The notes under the pieces are model-generated. The model was not told the origin of the DNA and did no database searches. It was given only the letters and a program-made list of their open reading frames with translations. Position numbers and translations under genes: made by a program. A DNA stretch of 64,000 nt from positions 693 to 64,692 of the forward strand of contig DASPHZ010000079.1 of assembly GCA_035629395.1 (NCBI GenBank). Reading direction: 5' to 3'. The stretch is from Thermoanaerobaculia bacterium. Lineage in GTDB: Bacteria > Acidobacteriota > Thermoanaerobaculia > Gp7-AA8. This document shows, piece after piece, positions 39,065-48,863 of the stretch; position 1 is the stretch's first letter, and each line of letters opens with the position of its first letter.

Positions 39065-39105
39065 ACGAGGACCCCCTTGACAAACGCGCATGCTGACTCC
39101 AGATT

Positions 39106-39135
39106 ACTAACCAGTTGGTTAAACCAACCAGTTAG
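39106..39135. promoter_or_regulatory. candidate TetR operator: palindrome TAACCA-GT-TGGTTA plus direct repeat AACCAGTT
   Basis: ACTAACCAGTTGGTTAAACCAACCAGTTAGG ends about 10 nt upstream of the TetR ATG (39145). Confidence 0.65.
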
Positions 39136-39144
39136 GTGATCTGA

Positions 39145-39783
39145 ATGCCTCCACGCAAAACCATCCACGATTCCGACGCCCGCGCCCGCATTCTCGCCGC
39201 GGCCACCGAGGTCTTCGCCACCATCGGCTTCGCCGCGGCGCGCGTCGACGACATCGCCGAGCGCGCCGGCGTCAACAAGGCCATGCTCTACTACCACGTC
39301 GGCGACAAGGAACGGCTCTACGCCACCGTCCTCACCGACACCGTCGACCGCGGTTTCGCCGAGCTCCGCGCCGCGACGGAAAAAGCGGGGACGCCCGCGA
39401 GGAAGCTCGCCTGCGTCCTCGACGCTTTCGCCGAATTCGGCACCTCCAACCCCTACTTCGTTCCCATCATGTTCCGCGAGGTCGCCTCGGGTGGCGCCAC
39501 GCTTCCCGACGAGATGCTCGTGCGCATGGCCGGCGTCTTCCGCGTCGTCGGGGACGTGATCGCCGAGGGGATGAAGAAGGGCGCTTTTCGCAAGGTCGAT
39601 CCACTCCTCACGCACGTCTCCCTCGTCGGCACGATGATGTTCCTCGTCGCCTCGCAGCCCATTCGCCTGCGCCTCGCCAAAGTAGCGGGCGTCGAGCACC
39701 AACCCTCGCTGCAGGACCTCGCCGATCACACACTCAACCTCGTGCTGCACGGCATCGAGAAACCGCAAAAAGGAAAAAAATGA
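39145..39783 (+). CDS. TetR/AcrR-family transcriptional regulator
   Basis: RILAAATEVFATIGFAAARVDDIAERAGVNKAMLYYHV. The stop overlaps the start of the TolC-like gene (ATGA). Confidence 0.9.
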   Translation: MPPRKTIHDSDARARILAAATEVFATIGFAAARVDDIAERAGVNKAMLYYHVGDKERLYATVLTDTVDRGFAELRAATEKAGTPARKLACVLDAFAEFGTSNPYFVPIMFREVASGGATLPDEMLVRMAGVFRVVGDVIAEGMKKGAFRKVDPLLTHVSLVGTMMFLVASQPIRLRLAKVAGVEHQPSLQDLADHTLNLVLHGIEKPQKGKK

Positions 39784-41294
39784 AGTACCTGCCGTTCGTT
39801 CTCCTGTTCGCGCTGACCGCGCGCTCGCAGGAGCTGTCGCTCGCCGATGCGATCGCGATGGCTCTCGCGAAAAACGGCGACGTCGTCGTCGAGCGCGAAT
39901 CGCTCCACATCGCCGAGGCGACCGTGCTCCGGGCCGAAGCCGCGTACGAGCCCACATTGCGCGGCGAATTGCGTCTGCGCGAGCGCACCGATCCGGTGAA
40001 CTCGATCCTCTCGGGCGCACCGCGCGGCGAGCTCGCGCCGACCCAGCGTTCGTTCGTGACCTCCGCCTCCGTCGTGCAACTGCTGCCGACCGGCGGCACC
40101 GTGTCCGTGTTCTCCGGCATCACGCGTGACGACACGAACAGCATCCTCGCGCTGCTCACGCCGTCGTGGACCACGCTCCTCGGCGCCGAGGTCCGCCAGC
40201 CGCTCCTGCAGAACCGCCGCATCGATCCCGCGCGCCGCGCCATCCGCATCGCCCACGTCGATCGCACGCGCGCCATCTCCTCGCTGCGCCGGGTGGCCAC
40301 GGAAACGACGGCCGCCGTCGAGCGCGCGTACTGGACCGCGGTCGCCGCGCAACGCGACGTCGAGACGCGCCAGTCCGCGCTCGAAGTCGCGGAGAAACAA
40401 CGCGAAGACACGCGCACGCGCATCGAGGCCGGCACGCAATCCGAGGCCGACCTCGCGCAGACGACAGCGGAAGTGGAGCGGAGGAGGGGAGAGCTCGTGG
40501 TGGCCCGCGAGAACGCGGAGCGCGCGGGCAACGCGCTCGCGTTTCTGACCGGAGCGTCGGGCTTCAGGCTTCCGGGACTGGTCGCTGCGACAGAAACTCC
40601 GCGCCGCCCGCCGCCCGACGCCGCGATCGCCACAGCGATCGCCCATCGCGCCGACCTCGACGAGCTCACCACCCGCCTCGAACGCGCCGACATCGACATC
40701 GAAGCGGCCGCCGACCGCGTGCGCCCGCAGATCGACCTCGTCGCCCACTACTCCGGCCGCGGACTCGCCGGCACGCGCAACGAAGACGCCATCGAGCCAT
40801 TCGGCCCCGTCGTCGTCGCGAACGAAATCAACGGAGGACTCGGCCGCTCGTTCCGTTCGCTCGACGAGTTTCCGGACGCCTCCCTCGGCGTGGCGATCTC
40901 GATCCCGATCGGCAACACCGCCGCGAAGCAGGACGTCGCCATCGCACGTGCGCTGCGCCGCCAGTCCGAGGCGACGCTCGAGCACGCACGCCAGCGCATC
41001 GCCATGGAAGTCCGCAACGCCATCGCGTCACTCGCGAGCGCGGAACAGCGCATCACCGCGGCGCGGGCGGCACGCGAGGCGGCCGAGGTGCAGTTGCAGG
41101 CGGAGCGGGACCGCTTCGAAGCCGGCATCTCCAACACGTTTTTCATCCTCACGCGCCAGAACGATCTCACCGCCGCGCGCGTCGCCGAGACCGTCGCACT
41201 CGCCGACTACCGCAAGGCCGAAACCGAATTCGCCCGCGCCACCGGAACACTGCTCGAGGCGCGCGGCATCAGCATCGAGGGAGGTACTCAGTGA
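39780..41294 (+). CDS. TolC-family outer-membrane efflux protein
   Basis: Signal peptide and two OEP repeats: LSLADAIAMALAKN..., and the second half with the same heptad pattern. Confidence 0.85.
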   Translation: MKYLPFVLLFALTARSQELSLADAIAMALAKNGDVVVERESLHIAEATVLRAEAAYEPTLRGELRLRERTDPVNSILSGAPRGELAPTQRSFVTSASVVQLLPTGGTVSVFSGITRDDTNSILALLTPSWTTLLGAEVRQPLLQNRRIDPARRAIRIAHVDRTRAISSLRRVATETTAAVERAYWTAVAAQRDVETRQSALEVAEKQREDTRTRIEAGTQSEADLAQTTAEVERRRGELVVARENAERAGNALAFLTGASGFRLPGLVAATETPRRPPPDAAIATAIAHRADLDELTTRLERADIDIEAAADRVRPQIDLVAHYSGRGLAGTRNEDAIEPFGPVVVANEINGGLGRSFRSLDEFPDASLGVAISIPIGNTAAKQDVAIARALRRQSEATLEHARQRIAMEVRNAIASLASAEQRITAARAAREAAEVQLQAERDRFEAGISNTFFILTRQNDLTAARVAETVALADYRKAETEFARATGTLLEARGISIEGGTQ

Positions 41295-42247
41295 AACGAT
41301 TACTCATCATCGCGGCGCTCGCGCTCGTCGCCTGCGGCGACCGCAAGGACGACGGCACGATCCATCTCAACGGCCGCATCGAAGCCCCCAGCGTCGACCT
41401 AGGGCCGAAAGTCTCCGGACGCGTGACGGAGGTGCTCGTGCGCGAAGGCGACCGCGTCAAAGCCGGCACGCTCCTCGTGCGTCTCGACCTCGGCGAATCC
41501 GCCATCGCCGTCGAACGCGAACAGGCCGGCGTGCGCTCGGCGCAGGCACGCGCGCAGGATCTCGAATCGGGCTCGCGCGAATCGGAGATCGGCGCCGCGG
41601 ACGCGGAAGTGAGCGATCGTCGCGCGGCCGTGTCGCTCGCCGAGAAAGAGCTCGAGCGCCAGCGGTTCCTGCTCGACCGCAAAGTCGGCACGCAGCGCGA
41701 CTACGACCGCGCGCGCACCGATCTCGATCGCGCACGCGCTGCACTGCGCGCTTCCACCGAGCGCGCGGAGCTCGCGCGTGAAGGCGCACGCCGCAAGCAG
41801 ACCGAGGCCGCGGAAGCGGAAGCGGAGCGCGCGCAGGCGGTGCTCAAGCAGAGCGTGAGCGTCGCGCGGGAAGGGGAGATCCGCGCGCCCGCGGACGGCG
41901 TGATCGTGCATCGCCTCGCCGAGCCGGGCCAGCTCGTCGGACCGGGCCAGGCCGCGGTGACGATGGCCTTCGCCAATCGCCTCTTCGTGCGCACGTTCAT
42001 CCCGGAGACGAAGCTCGGCCGGGTGCGCATGGGCACGCCCGTGCGCGTCACGGTCGATGCGCATCCGGGCAAAGAGTTCCCCGCGCGCATCACCGAGATC
42101 GCGCCCGAGGCGGAGTTCACGCCGAAGGCGGTGGAGACGAAGAGCGAGCGTGTGAATCTCGTCTACGCGGCGAAAGCCGATCTCGATCGCGGCTGGAGCG
42201 AGCCGCTCGTGCCGGGACAGCCGGCGGAAGTCGTCGTGAAGCCATGA
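41291..42247 (+). CDS. HlyD-family periplasmic adaptor
   Basis: The GTG overlaps the TolC stop. Lipoyl-like hairpin GRVTEVLVREGDRVKAGTLLVRLD, coiled coil, and beta-barrel PGQPAEVVV. Confidence 0.85.
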   Translation: MKRLLIIAALALVACGDRKDDGTIHLNGRIEAPSVDLGPKVSGRVTEVLVREGDRVKAGTLLVRLDLGESAIAVEREQAGVRSAQARAQDLESGSRESEIGAADAEVSDRRAAVSLAEKELERQRFLLDRKVGTQRDYDRARTDLDRARAALRASTERAELAREGARRKQTEAAEAEAERAQAVLKQSVSVAREGEIRAPADGVIVHRLAEPGQLVGPGQAAVTMAFANRLFVRTFIPETKLGRVRMGTPVRVTVDAHPGKEFPARITEIAPEAEFTPKAVETKSERVNLVYAAKADLDRGWSEPLVPGQPAEVVVKP

Positions 42248-42362
42248 TCGCCGCCGCCGTCGTATCGAGCCGCGCAGACGGCGAAACCTCTCGAAATGCG
42301 CACGATTCGCGTCGTGCGAGGCCCTGCGCCGTCTGCGCGGCTCAGGGTGACGGGGAGCTCGC

Positions 42363-43256
42363 ATGATCGCCGCACGCAATCTCACGCGCCGCTTCGCGGC
42401 GAAGACCGCGCTGGATGACGTCTCGCTCAGCATCGAGCCGGGCGAGCTGTTCGGCCTCATCGGCCCGGACGGCGCCGGGAAGACCACGTTCTTCCGCATC
42501 GTCGCGGGCGTGCTGAAGCCGACGTCCGGCAGCGTCACCGTGAAGCCGGACGTCACGTTCGGCTTCGTCCCGCAGCGCTTCGCGATGTACGAAGACCTCT
42601 CGGTCGACGAGAACCTCCGCCTGCGCGCGAAGCTCTACGACGTCCCGAACGACGTCGCGCGTGCACGCGCCGCCGATCTCCTCGGACGCGTGGGGATGGA
42701 TCGCTTCCGCAACCGTCTCGCGGGCGCGCTCTCCGGTGGCATGAAGCAAAAGCTCGCGCTCGTCGCGGCGCTGCTGACGAAGCCCGGGCTGCTCCTGCTC
42801 GACGAGCCGACGACCGGCGTCGATCCCGTGTCGCGTCGCGAATTCTGGGCGCTCCTCAACCAACTGCATCACGAGGGGCTGACGATCGTCGTCTCGACGC
42901 CGTACATGGACGAAGCCGAGTACGCGACGCGCATCGCGTTCCTCGATCACGGCCGCATCTCGTCCATCGGCACACGTCCGGAAATCCTCGGCACGTACGA
43001 CCGTCCGCTGCTCGAGATCCGTACCTCGAACCGCCTGCGCGTGCGCGAGCTTCTCGAGCCGATGTCCGAGATCGACGACCTTTCCCTCTTCGGCACCGTG
43101 CTGCATGCACGCGGCGCGGAGGGCACCGGTCCCGAGTTGCTCCCGCGCGTGCGCGCCGCGCTGCGCGACGTCGTGGCCGAAGAGGAGATCCAGCCGCTCG
43201 CGCCATCGCTCGAAGACGTGTTCGTCCTGGCCGGCGGCGAAGGAGAGGAAGAATGA
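42363..43256 (+). CDS. ABC transporter ATP-binding protein
   Basis: Walker A GPDGAGKTT, signature LSGGMKQK, Walker B LLLLDEP. Confidence 0.9.
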   Translation: MIAARNLTRRFAAKTALDDVSLSIEPGELFGLIGPDGAGKTTFFRIVAGVLKPTSGSVTVKPDVTFGFVPQRFAMYEDLSVDENLRLRAKLYDVPNDVARARAADLLGRVGMDRFRNRLAGALSGGMKQKLALVAALLTKPGLLLLDEPTTGVDPVSRREFWALLNQLHHEGLTIVVSTPYMDEAEYATRIAFLDHGRISSIGTRPEILGTYDRPLLEIRTSNRLRVRELLEPMSEIDDLSLFGTVLHARGAEGTGPELLPRVRAALRDVVAEEEIQPLAPSLEDVFVLAGGEGEEE

Positions 43257-44191
43257 GCGCGCTGATTCACGTCGAGCACGTGACGCGCCGCTTCGGCACG
43301 TTCACCGCCGTCGACGACGTTTCCTTCGATCTCCCGCGCGGCAAAGTCTTCGGCTTCCTCGGACCGAACGGCTCCGGCAAGTCGACGACGATCCGCATGC
43401 TCGCGGGCCTGCTCGCGCCGACCGCGGGCCGCATCACCGGTTTCGGCAATCTCGACGTGACGAAAGACACGGAGGCGTGGAAGTCGCGGCTCGGCTACAT
43501 GAGCCAGAAGTTCTCGCTCTATCTCGATCTCACCGTCGAAGAGAACCTGCGCTTCTACGGGACGATCTACGGTCTCGAGCGCGAGCGCCTGGCCGCGCGC
43601 ATCGATGCGCTCGCGAAGCGTTTGCGCTTCGAGAAGATCCGCAACCAGCTCACCGAAGGGTTGTCGACCGGACTGCGCCAGCGCGTGGCACTCGCCGCGG
43701 CGCTGCTGCACGAGCCCGAACTGCTGTTCCTCGACGAGCCGACGGGCGGTGTCGACCCGCGCGGCCGCCGTCTGTTCTGGGATCTCATCTACGAGCTGGC
43801 CGCCGACCGCGACATGACCGTGCTCGTGACCACGCACTACATGGACGAGGCCGAGCAGTGCGATCGGCTGGCGTTCATCCTCGACGGCGTCCTGATCGCC
43901 GACGGCGCGCCGCACGAACTGAAGAAAGACTTGCGCGGGCGGATTCTCGAAGTACGCACCGAGCTCGATCCGTTCGCCATCGTGAAATCGATCCAATCCG
44001 ACCCCTCCCTCGAAGACGTGTACCTCTTCGGCCTCACCGTGCGCGCCGTCGCCGGCGAGGGTGCGGCCGCGCGCGTGCGCGAGCTGCTGGCGCGCTGGGG
44101 CACACCGGAACAGGCCGAGCCTTCGCTCGAAGACGTGTTCGTCTCGCTCGCGCGCCAGCGGGTGCGGACGAAAGAGGCGGTGACCGCATGA
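43253..44191 (+). CDS. ABC transporter ATP-binding protein
   Basis: GPNGSGKST, LSTGLRQR, LLFLDEP. Overlaps its neighbours by 4 nt. Confidence 0.9.
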   Translation: MSALIHVEHVTRRFGTFTAVDDVSFDLPRGKVFGFLGPNGSGKSTTIRMLAGLLAPTAGRITGFGNLDVTKDTEAWKSRLGYMSQKFSLYLDLTVEENLRFYGTIYGLERERLAARIDALAKRLRFEKIRNQLTEGLSTGLRQRVALAAALLHEPELLFLDEPTGGVDPRGRRLFWDLIYELAADRDMTVLVTTHYMDEAEQCDRLAFILDGVLIADGAPHELKKDLRGRILEVRTELDPFAIVKSIQSDPSLEDVYLFGLTVRAVAGEGAAARVRELLARWGTPEQAEPSLEDVFVSLARQRVRTKEAVTA

Positions 44192-45303
44192 AACGACTGC
44201 TCGCATTGACCTGGAAAGAGTTCCTGCAACTGCGCCGCGACAAGATGACGCTGCGCATGATCGTGATGGTGCCGGTGATGCAGACCATGATCTTCGGCTA
44301 CGCCATCAACTACGACGTCAAACATCTCAAGACCATCGTCTTCGACGAAAGCCGCACCTACGAGAGCCGCGAGCTCGTGGCGAAGATGACGAGCACGGGC
44401 TACTTCGACGTGCTGCAGTACGTCGACTCGTTCGACGAATTGCAGCGCGAGATCGACGCGGGGCGGGCCGCCGTCGGACTCGTGTTCGACCGCGACTTCG
44501 GCAAGAACCGGCATCGCGGACGTCCCGCGGAAGCGTTCCTCATCGTGAACGCGAGCGACACGACGACGTCCTCACAGGCCATGTCGATCATGTCCGGCAT
44601 CAGTCAGACGATGTCCATCCAGACGCTCGCGCGGCGCGGCGGCTGGACGAACAAACAACTGCCGGTCGACGTGCGCGTGCGTCCCTGGTACAACCCCGAT
44701 CTGCGCACGGCGCGCTTCATCATTCCCGGCCTCATCGCCATCATCCTCACGTTCACGCTCATCCAGTTCACCGCCATCGCCATCGTGCGCGAGCGCGAGC
44801 GCGGCACGCTCGAGCAGTTGCAGGTCACTCCGGCCACGCGCGCGGAACTGATCGTCGGCAAGATCCTGCCGTTCATCGTCATCGGCTACTTTCAGTTCAC
44901 GCTCACCATCCTGCTGATGCGGTTTCTTTTCAGGATCGAGATCGCCGGCTCGCTGCTGCAGTTGTATCTCGTCGGCTTCCTGTTCATGGCCGCGGTCCTC
45001 GGGCTGGGCATGCTGATCTCGACCATTGCGCAGACGCAGATGCAGGCCACGCAGATGTCGATGTTCTTCCTGCTGCCGTTCGTCTTCCTGTCGGGGTACG
45101 TGTTTCCCATCGAAGGCATGCCGCTCTTTTTCCGCTGGATCTCGAACGTGATTCCGGCGAAGTACTTCATCGAAGTGATCCGCGGCATCGTCCTGCGCGG
45201 CGCGTCGTTGCCGGAGCTCTGGCGGCCGACGGCGCTCCTCGCGCTCTACACGTTCCTGATCATCGGTCTCGCGGTGGCGCGGTTCAAAAAGACAACCGCG
45301 TGA
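44188..45303 (+). CDS. ABC-2 type transporter permease
   Basis: MKRLLALTWKEFLQLRRDKMTL, six TM helices, YbhS/YbhR-like. ATGA overlap with the ATPase gene. Confidence 0.85.
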   Translation: MKRLLALTWKEFLQLRRDKMTLRMIVMVPVMQTMIFGYAINYDVKHLKTIVFDESRTYESRELVAKMTSTGYFDVLQYVDSFDELQREIDAGRAAVGLVFDRDFGKNRHRGRPAEAFLIVNASDTTTSSQAMSIMSGISQTMSIQTLARRGGWTNKQLPVDVRVRPWYNPDLRTARFIIPGLIAIILTFTLIQFTAIAIVRERERGTLEQLQVTPATRAELIVGKILPFIVIGYFQFTLTILLMRFLFRIEIAGSLLQLYLVGFLFMAAVLGLGMLISTIAQTQMQATQMSMFFLLPFVFLSGYVFPIEGMPLFFRWISNVIPAKYFIEVIRGIVLRGASLPELWRPTALLALYTFLIIGLAVARFKKTTA

Positions 45304-45330
45304 CGGAGGCGCCGGCCTCCGGCAGTCCGG

Positions 45331-45687
45331 TCAGGCCGTGAGCATCTTCACGAGGAGCGCGCCGAGCAGTTCGTCGGCGCGTTCCTCACCCACGAGCTCG
45401 ACCAACGCATCGCGCTGCGGCGCGAGCGATTCGCGCAACGCGTCGATCGAGTCGACACGCAGCGACGTGGCCTGCAGGATCGGTTCGACCGCCGCGCCGA
45501 CGAGCGCGTCTTTCGTCGGCCAGCGCCGATAGATGGTGGTTTTGGCGATGCCGGTGCGCGCCGACACCTCGTCGACGTTGAAGTCGCGATAGCCGCTCGC
45601 GCGCAGCAGCTCGAGCGTGACGGCGAGGATCTTCTCGTCCGCACCCGCGCGGCGAGGCCGGCCGCGTCCCCGCTTCGGCTCACTCAT
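45331..45687 (-). CDS. short TetR-family regulator (118 aa, ligand domain truncated)
   Basis: KILAVTLELLRASGYRDFNVDEVSARTGIAKTTIYRRWPTKDAL. Only about 60 aa follow the HTH. The start overlaps the hydrolase stop. Confidence 0.7.
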   Translation of the reverse strand: MSEPKRGRGRPRRAGADEKILAVTLELLRASGYRDFNVDEVSARTGIAKTTIYRRWPTKDALVGAAVEPILQATSLRVDSIDALRESLAPQRDALVELVGEERADELLGALLVKMLTA

Positions 45688-46946
45688 TCCGCGGATCGTA
45701 TCGCGCGATCGAGCTCCGTGTTGCGGTTGCGCAGCACCATCACGTTTCCGTCGAGGAACTGCACGGAGAGGAACGAGTCGGGATAGAAGAACGCGTCGCC
45801 GCTCATCGGCACGATCTCGCTGCGCCGTCCGCCCGTGCGTGCGACGAAGAGCTTGCCGCCTTCGAGCGTGACGCGGCGCTCCGCACCGCTCGCGCTCTTG
45901 TACGTGCCCACGAATCGCTGGAGCGCTTCCGCGGGAAGCGCGATCGCCTTCGGCTCGTACGGCTTGCCGAGGAGCTGGAGGGCGAGCTTCGTGGCGATGA
46001 AGTCGGGGCGGGGCGTGCGGTGTGCGTCGTTCGACCACACGGCCACGAAGATTTTCTTCTCCGGAATCATCAGCACGTGCGCGGTGAAGCCCGGGATGTC
46101 GCCGCCGTGCTCGATCACGCGCGCACCTTCGAGGTCGCTGATGAACCAGCCGTAGCCGTAACTCGACAGCTTCGACGGCGTGAACGCGCGCTGGAGGTTT
46201 GCGGCCGCGTATTCGTTCCAGCGTTTCAGATCGTCGACCGTCGAGAGCAATCCGCCGACGGAGAACGCGCGCGAGGGACTGAAGATCGTGGCGTTGCGGA
46301 CGCCGTTCGCATCGCGGTCGTAGCCACGTGCGCGATTCGGGATGATCTCCGTGAGGCTGTCCATCCGCGTCTGCGTCAGCCCGGCGGGATCGAGCACCGC
46401 TTTCTTCAGATACGACGCGTAACTCTCGCCGGACACGTTCTCGATCACCGCGCCGAGCAGAAAGTACGCGGAGTTCGTGTACGCGTACTTGGTTCCGGGC
46501 TCGAACTCGAGCGGCGTCGCGCGGATGAGCGCGACGATCTCGTCGACCGTCGCCTCCTGTCGCAGCGCGGCGTGGTACTCGGGGATGCGCGTGTACTCGA
46601 ACACACCCGCGGTGTGGGTGAGGAGGTGCTCGAGTGTGATCGTCTCCGGAAAGCCGCTCACGTACTTTGTGAGTGGATCGGCGAGCGCGAGTTTGCCGTC
46701 CGCGGCGAGTTTGAGAATCGCCGCGGCGGTGAACTGTTTGGTGATCGAGCCGGTGCGGAAGAGCATGTCCGCGCGCAGGGGCGTGCGGAGCTCGACGTCC
46801 GCGAACCCGGTCGCCTCGCGCACGATCGTCTCGCCGTCGCGCACGGCGAAGATCACGGTGCCCGGTGCCGGCGCCTCTGCTTGCGCCAAGAGCGCAGAAC
46901 TGGCGGAGGCAAAGAGGCAGAGAAGCAGAGAGAGGCTGCGCCGCAT
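45684..46946 (-). CDS. class C beta-lactamase-related serine hydrolase
   Basis: Signal peptide MRRSLSLLLCLFASA, SITKQF (SxxK), YTNSAY (YxN). Confidence 0.85.
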   Translation of the reverse strand: MRRSLSLLLCLFASASSALLAQAEAPAPGTVIFAVRDGETIVREATGFADVELRTPLRADMLFRTGSITKQFTAAAILKLAADGKLALADPLTKYVSGFPETITLEHLLTHTAGVFEYTRIPEYHAALRQEATVDEIVALIRATPLEFEPGTKYAYTNSAYFLLGAVIENVSGESYASYLKKAVLDPAGLTQTRMDSLTEIIPNRARGYDRDANGVRNATIFSPSRAFSVGGLLSTVDDLKRWNEYAAANLQRAFTPSKLSSYGYGWFISDLEGARVIEHGGDIPGFTAHVLMIPEKKIFVAVWSNDAHRTPRPDFIATKLALQLLGKPYEPKAIALPAEALQRFVGTYKSASGAERRVTLEGGKLFVARTGGRRSEIVPMSGDAFFYPDSFLSVQFLDGNVMVLRNRNTELDRAIRSAE

Positions 46947-47066
46947 CGTGTGAATGTCACGGAGGCGGCCCGGATTGTCGAGGGGCGTGGGACGGGCGGT
47001 CGGATTCGCGGGGCGCGCTGCTTCGGTCTTCGGGACAGCCAACGGCGGCGCGCCGTGCGGTACTGA

Positions 47067-47741
47067 TCAGTCGCCGGACCCGAGGAACATCAGCTCGGCG
47101 CCGGGGTGCTCGAGCCAGGCCGGCGAGTCGAGCTGCGCGTAACGGCGCCCGCGGAAGCGCTGCTGCAGGGCGGGAGGGAAGGGTGTCGGAATCGTGACGT
47201 GCAGCTCGAGATCGTCGAAGAGATCCGACTGCAGGTCGGGCGCTTCGAGCAGACCCCAGGCGATCGGATCGGGATTGGCGACGGTGACGATGTAGTCCGC
47301 CTCCTGCTCGAGCGCGACTTCCGCGGCGATCGGATCGTCGTGCTTCGTCTCCACGATCTGCCAGCGCAGATGCGCGTGCTCGCGATGCGTGGCGATGTCG
47401 TACGTGCCGGTGGCGAACACGCGCGCGGCGGGAAGGTGGCGGAGGCCGCGGGTCTTGGTGCCGTACACCTGTGCGCCGAGGGCGGCTTGCATGTCGTACG
47501 GGGTGAGGACGAGATCGACGAACCCCCAGAAACGATCGCGGCGCGCGGAGGGCGGCAGGCGTTTGCGTCCGACGGCGATGGCGCGCTCGAACGCGGCGCG
47601 GCCGGGACTCAGCAGAATGATGAGGCGCTGGACGTCGTCGAGCTCGCCCGGAGCCTGCTCCTCCACGCGCGGGCGATAGAGAAAGGAGACCTCCCCCTGC
47701 TCGATCGTCCTCGCCAATTCCGCCACGGCAGTGCGCCCCAT
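47067..47741 (-). CDS. conserved hypothetical protein
   Basis: Coding-like bias. N-terminal IEQGEVSFLYRPRV motif. Function unknown. TTG at 47759 is an alternative start. Confidence 0.55.
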   Translation of the reverse strand: MGRTAVAELARTIEQGEVSFLYRPRVEEQAPGELDDVQRLIILLSPGRAAFERAIAVGRKRLPPSARRDRFWGFVDLVLTPYDMQAALGAQVYGTKTRGLRHLPAARVFATGTYDIATHREHAHLRWQIVETKHDDPIAAEVALEQEADYIVTVANPDPIAWGLLEAPDLQSDLFDDLELHVTIPTPFPPALQQRFRGRRYAQLDSPAWLEHPGAELMFLGSGD

Positions 47742-47863
47742 GCGCAGGAGAACGTTCAAAGGCGGTGCCGCGTCGGACTCGGCAGCGATCCTGCAGTTAT
47801 TCGGACCAACAGGCCGGCGTACCTGAATCCGGCTCGTCCGTAAATACCTCTGGAGGAATCATC

Positions 47864-48310
47864 TTGAGATCATGGGCTGCCGCGGCGGTGGTTGGGCCGC
47901 TGCTCGTTGTGGGGGTGGTGGGTTGTGTGGATCGCGGGGAGGCGCGCACGCTGCGCGCGCAGGATGCGATCACGGAGACAGCGGTTGCCTCGCAGGGTGT
48001 CTATGCGCTCGGCACCAGCCTCAACCGCGAAGGCGCGGTCGCACGCGACGCCGTGAGCGAATCGTTCGGTCGCGGCGGGGAAGTGTTCCTATCGATCGAC
48101 GTGCGCAGCGCCAGTGCCGATTCGACGATCGGCGTGATCTGGCACGGCCCGGCCGGCGTGGTCCTGCACCGCGAATCGCGCGACGTCCCGAAGAGCGCGC
48201 ACTACGTCGCGTTCTCGGCCCCGACGACGCATTGGCCTCGGGGAGAATGCACCGCGGCCGTCGTCATCGACGGGCGTGTGGTCGCGCAGTTGCCCTTTAC
48301 GGTGGTGTGA
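47864..48310 (+). CDS. lipoprotein
   Basis: TTG start 8 nt after GGAGG. Lipobox VVGC. Confidence 0.55.
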   Translation: MRSWAAAAVVGPLLVVGVVGCVDRGEARTLRAQDAITETAVASQGVYALGTSLNREGAVARDAVSESFGRGGEVFLSIDVRSASADSTIGVIWHGPAGVVLHRESRDVPKSAHYVAFSAPTTHWPRGECTAAVVIDGRVVAQLPFTVV

Positions 48311-48335
48311 CCGCCCGCCCACCCGCCCACGGGGG

Positions 48336-48441
48336 CAAGGAGGAAGGCGGAAGGATGAAGGATGACAGGCGTGGCGCGTACCGCGTACGCGGCGCTCACG
48401 ACCACGCTCCTTCATCCTTCATCCTTTATCCTTCCTCCTTG
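48336..48441. repeat. inverted pair of heptamer arrays forming a ~30-bp imperfect stem
   Basis: Left arm AAGGAGG-AAGGCGG-AAGGATG-AAGGATG. Right arm (C)TCCTTC-ATCCTTC-ATCCTTT-ATCCTTC-CTCCTTG. The ~42-nt spacer contains its own CGCGTAC-cgc-GTACGCG hairpin. Confidence 0.85.
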
Positions 48442-48470
48442 GCCCCGCGGACGGCATTACGATACGCCCG

Positions 48471-48863
48471 ATGACCACCTTCCACGGAAACGGCACGTTC
48501 GAAGTGAAGCTCACGCCTGTCGCCGCGGCATTCGAAGAATCGGCGATCGGCCGGATGTCGCTCGACAAACGATTTCAAGGCGATCTCGAGGCGACGAGCA
48601 AAGGGGAGATGCTCGCGGTGCAGACGAGCGTCAAAGGCTCCGCCGGTTACGTGGCCATGGAGCGCGTGACGGGCACGCTCGCGGGACGCAGCGGCACGTT
48701 TGCGCTGCAGCACAGCGGGACGATGAACCGGGGCGCGATGCATCTGGATCTCAACGTCGTGCCCGACTCCGGCACGGACGCTCTCGAAGGCATCAGCGGC
48801 AAGATGTCGATCGAGATCAAAGAGGGGAAGCACTCCTACTCGTTCGCGTACTCACTTCCGTGA
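48471..48863 (+). CDS. DUF3224 domain protein
   Basis: FEVKLTP ... GEMLAVQTSVKGSAGYVAMERVTGTLAGRSGTFALQHSG pattern typical of DUF3224. Confidence 0.7.
   Translation: MTTFHGNGTFEVKLTPVAAAFEESAIGRMSLDKRFQGDLEATSKGEMLAVQTSVKGSAGYVAMERVTGTLAGRSGTFALQHSGTMNRGAMHLDLNVVPDSGTDALEGISGKMSIEIKEGKHSYSFAYSLP

Noticed and set aside
47781-47795. CGGCAG-CGATC-CTGCA as a fourth sigma-54 promoter, upstream of lipoprotein 47864..48310
   Set aside because: The spacing is correct, but both elements deviate from consensus. In 70% GC DNA, GG-N10-GC occurs often by chance, so the support is too weak.
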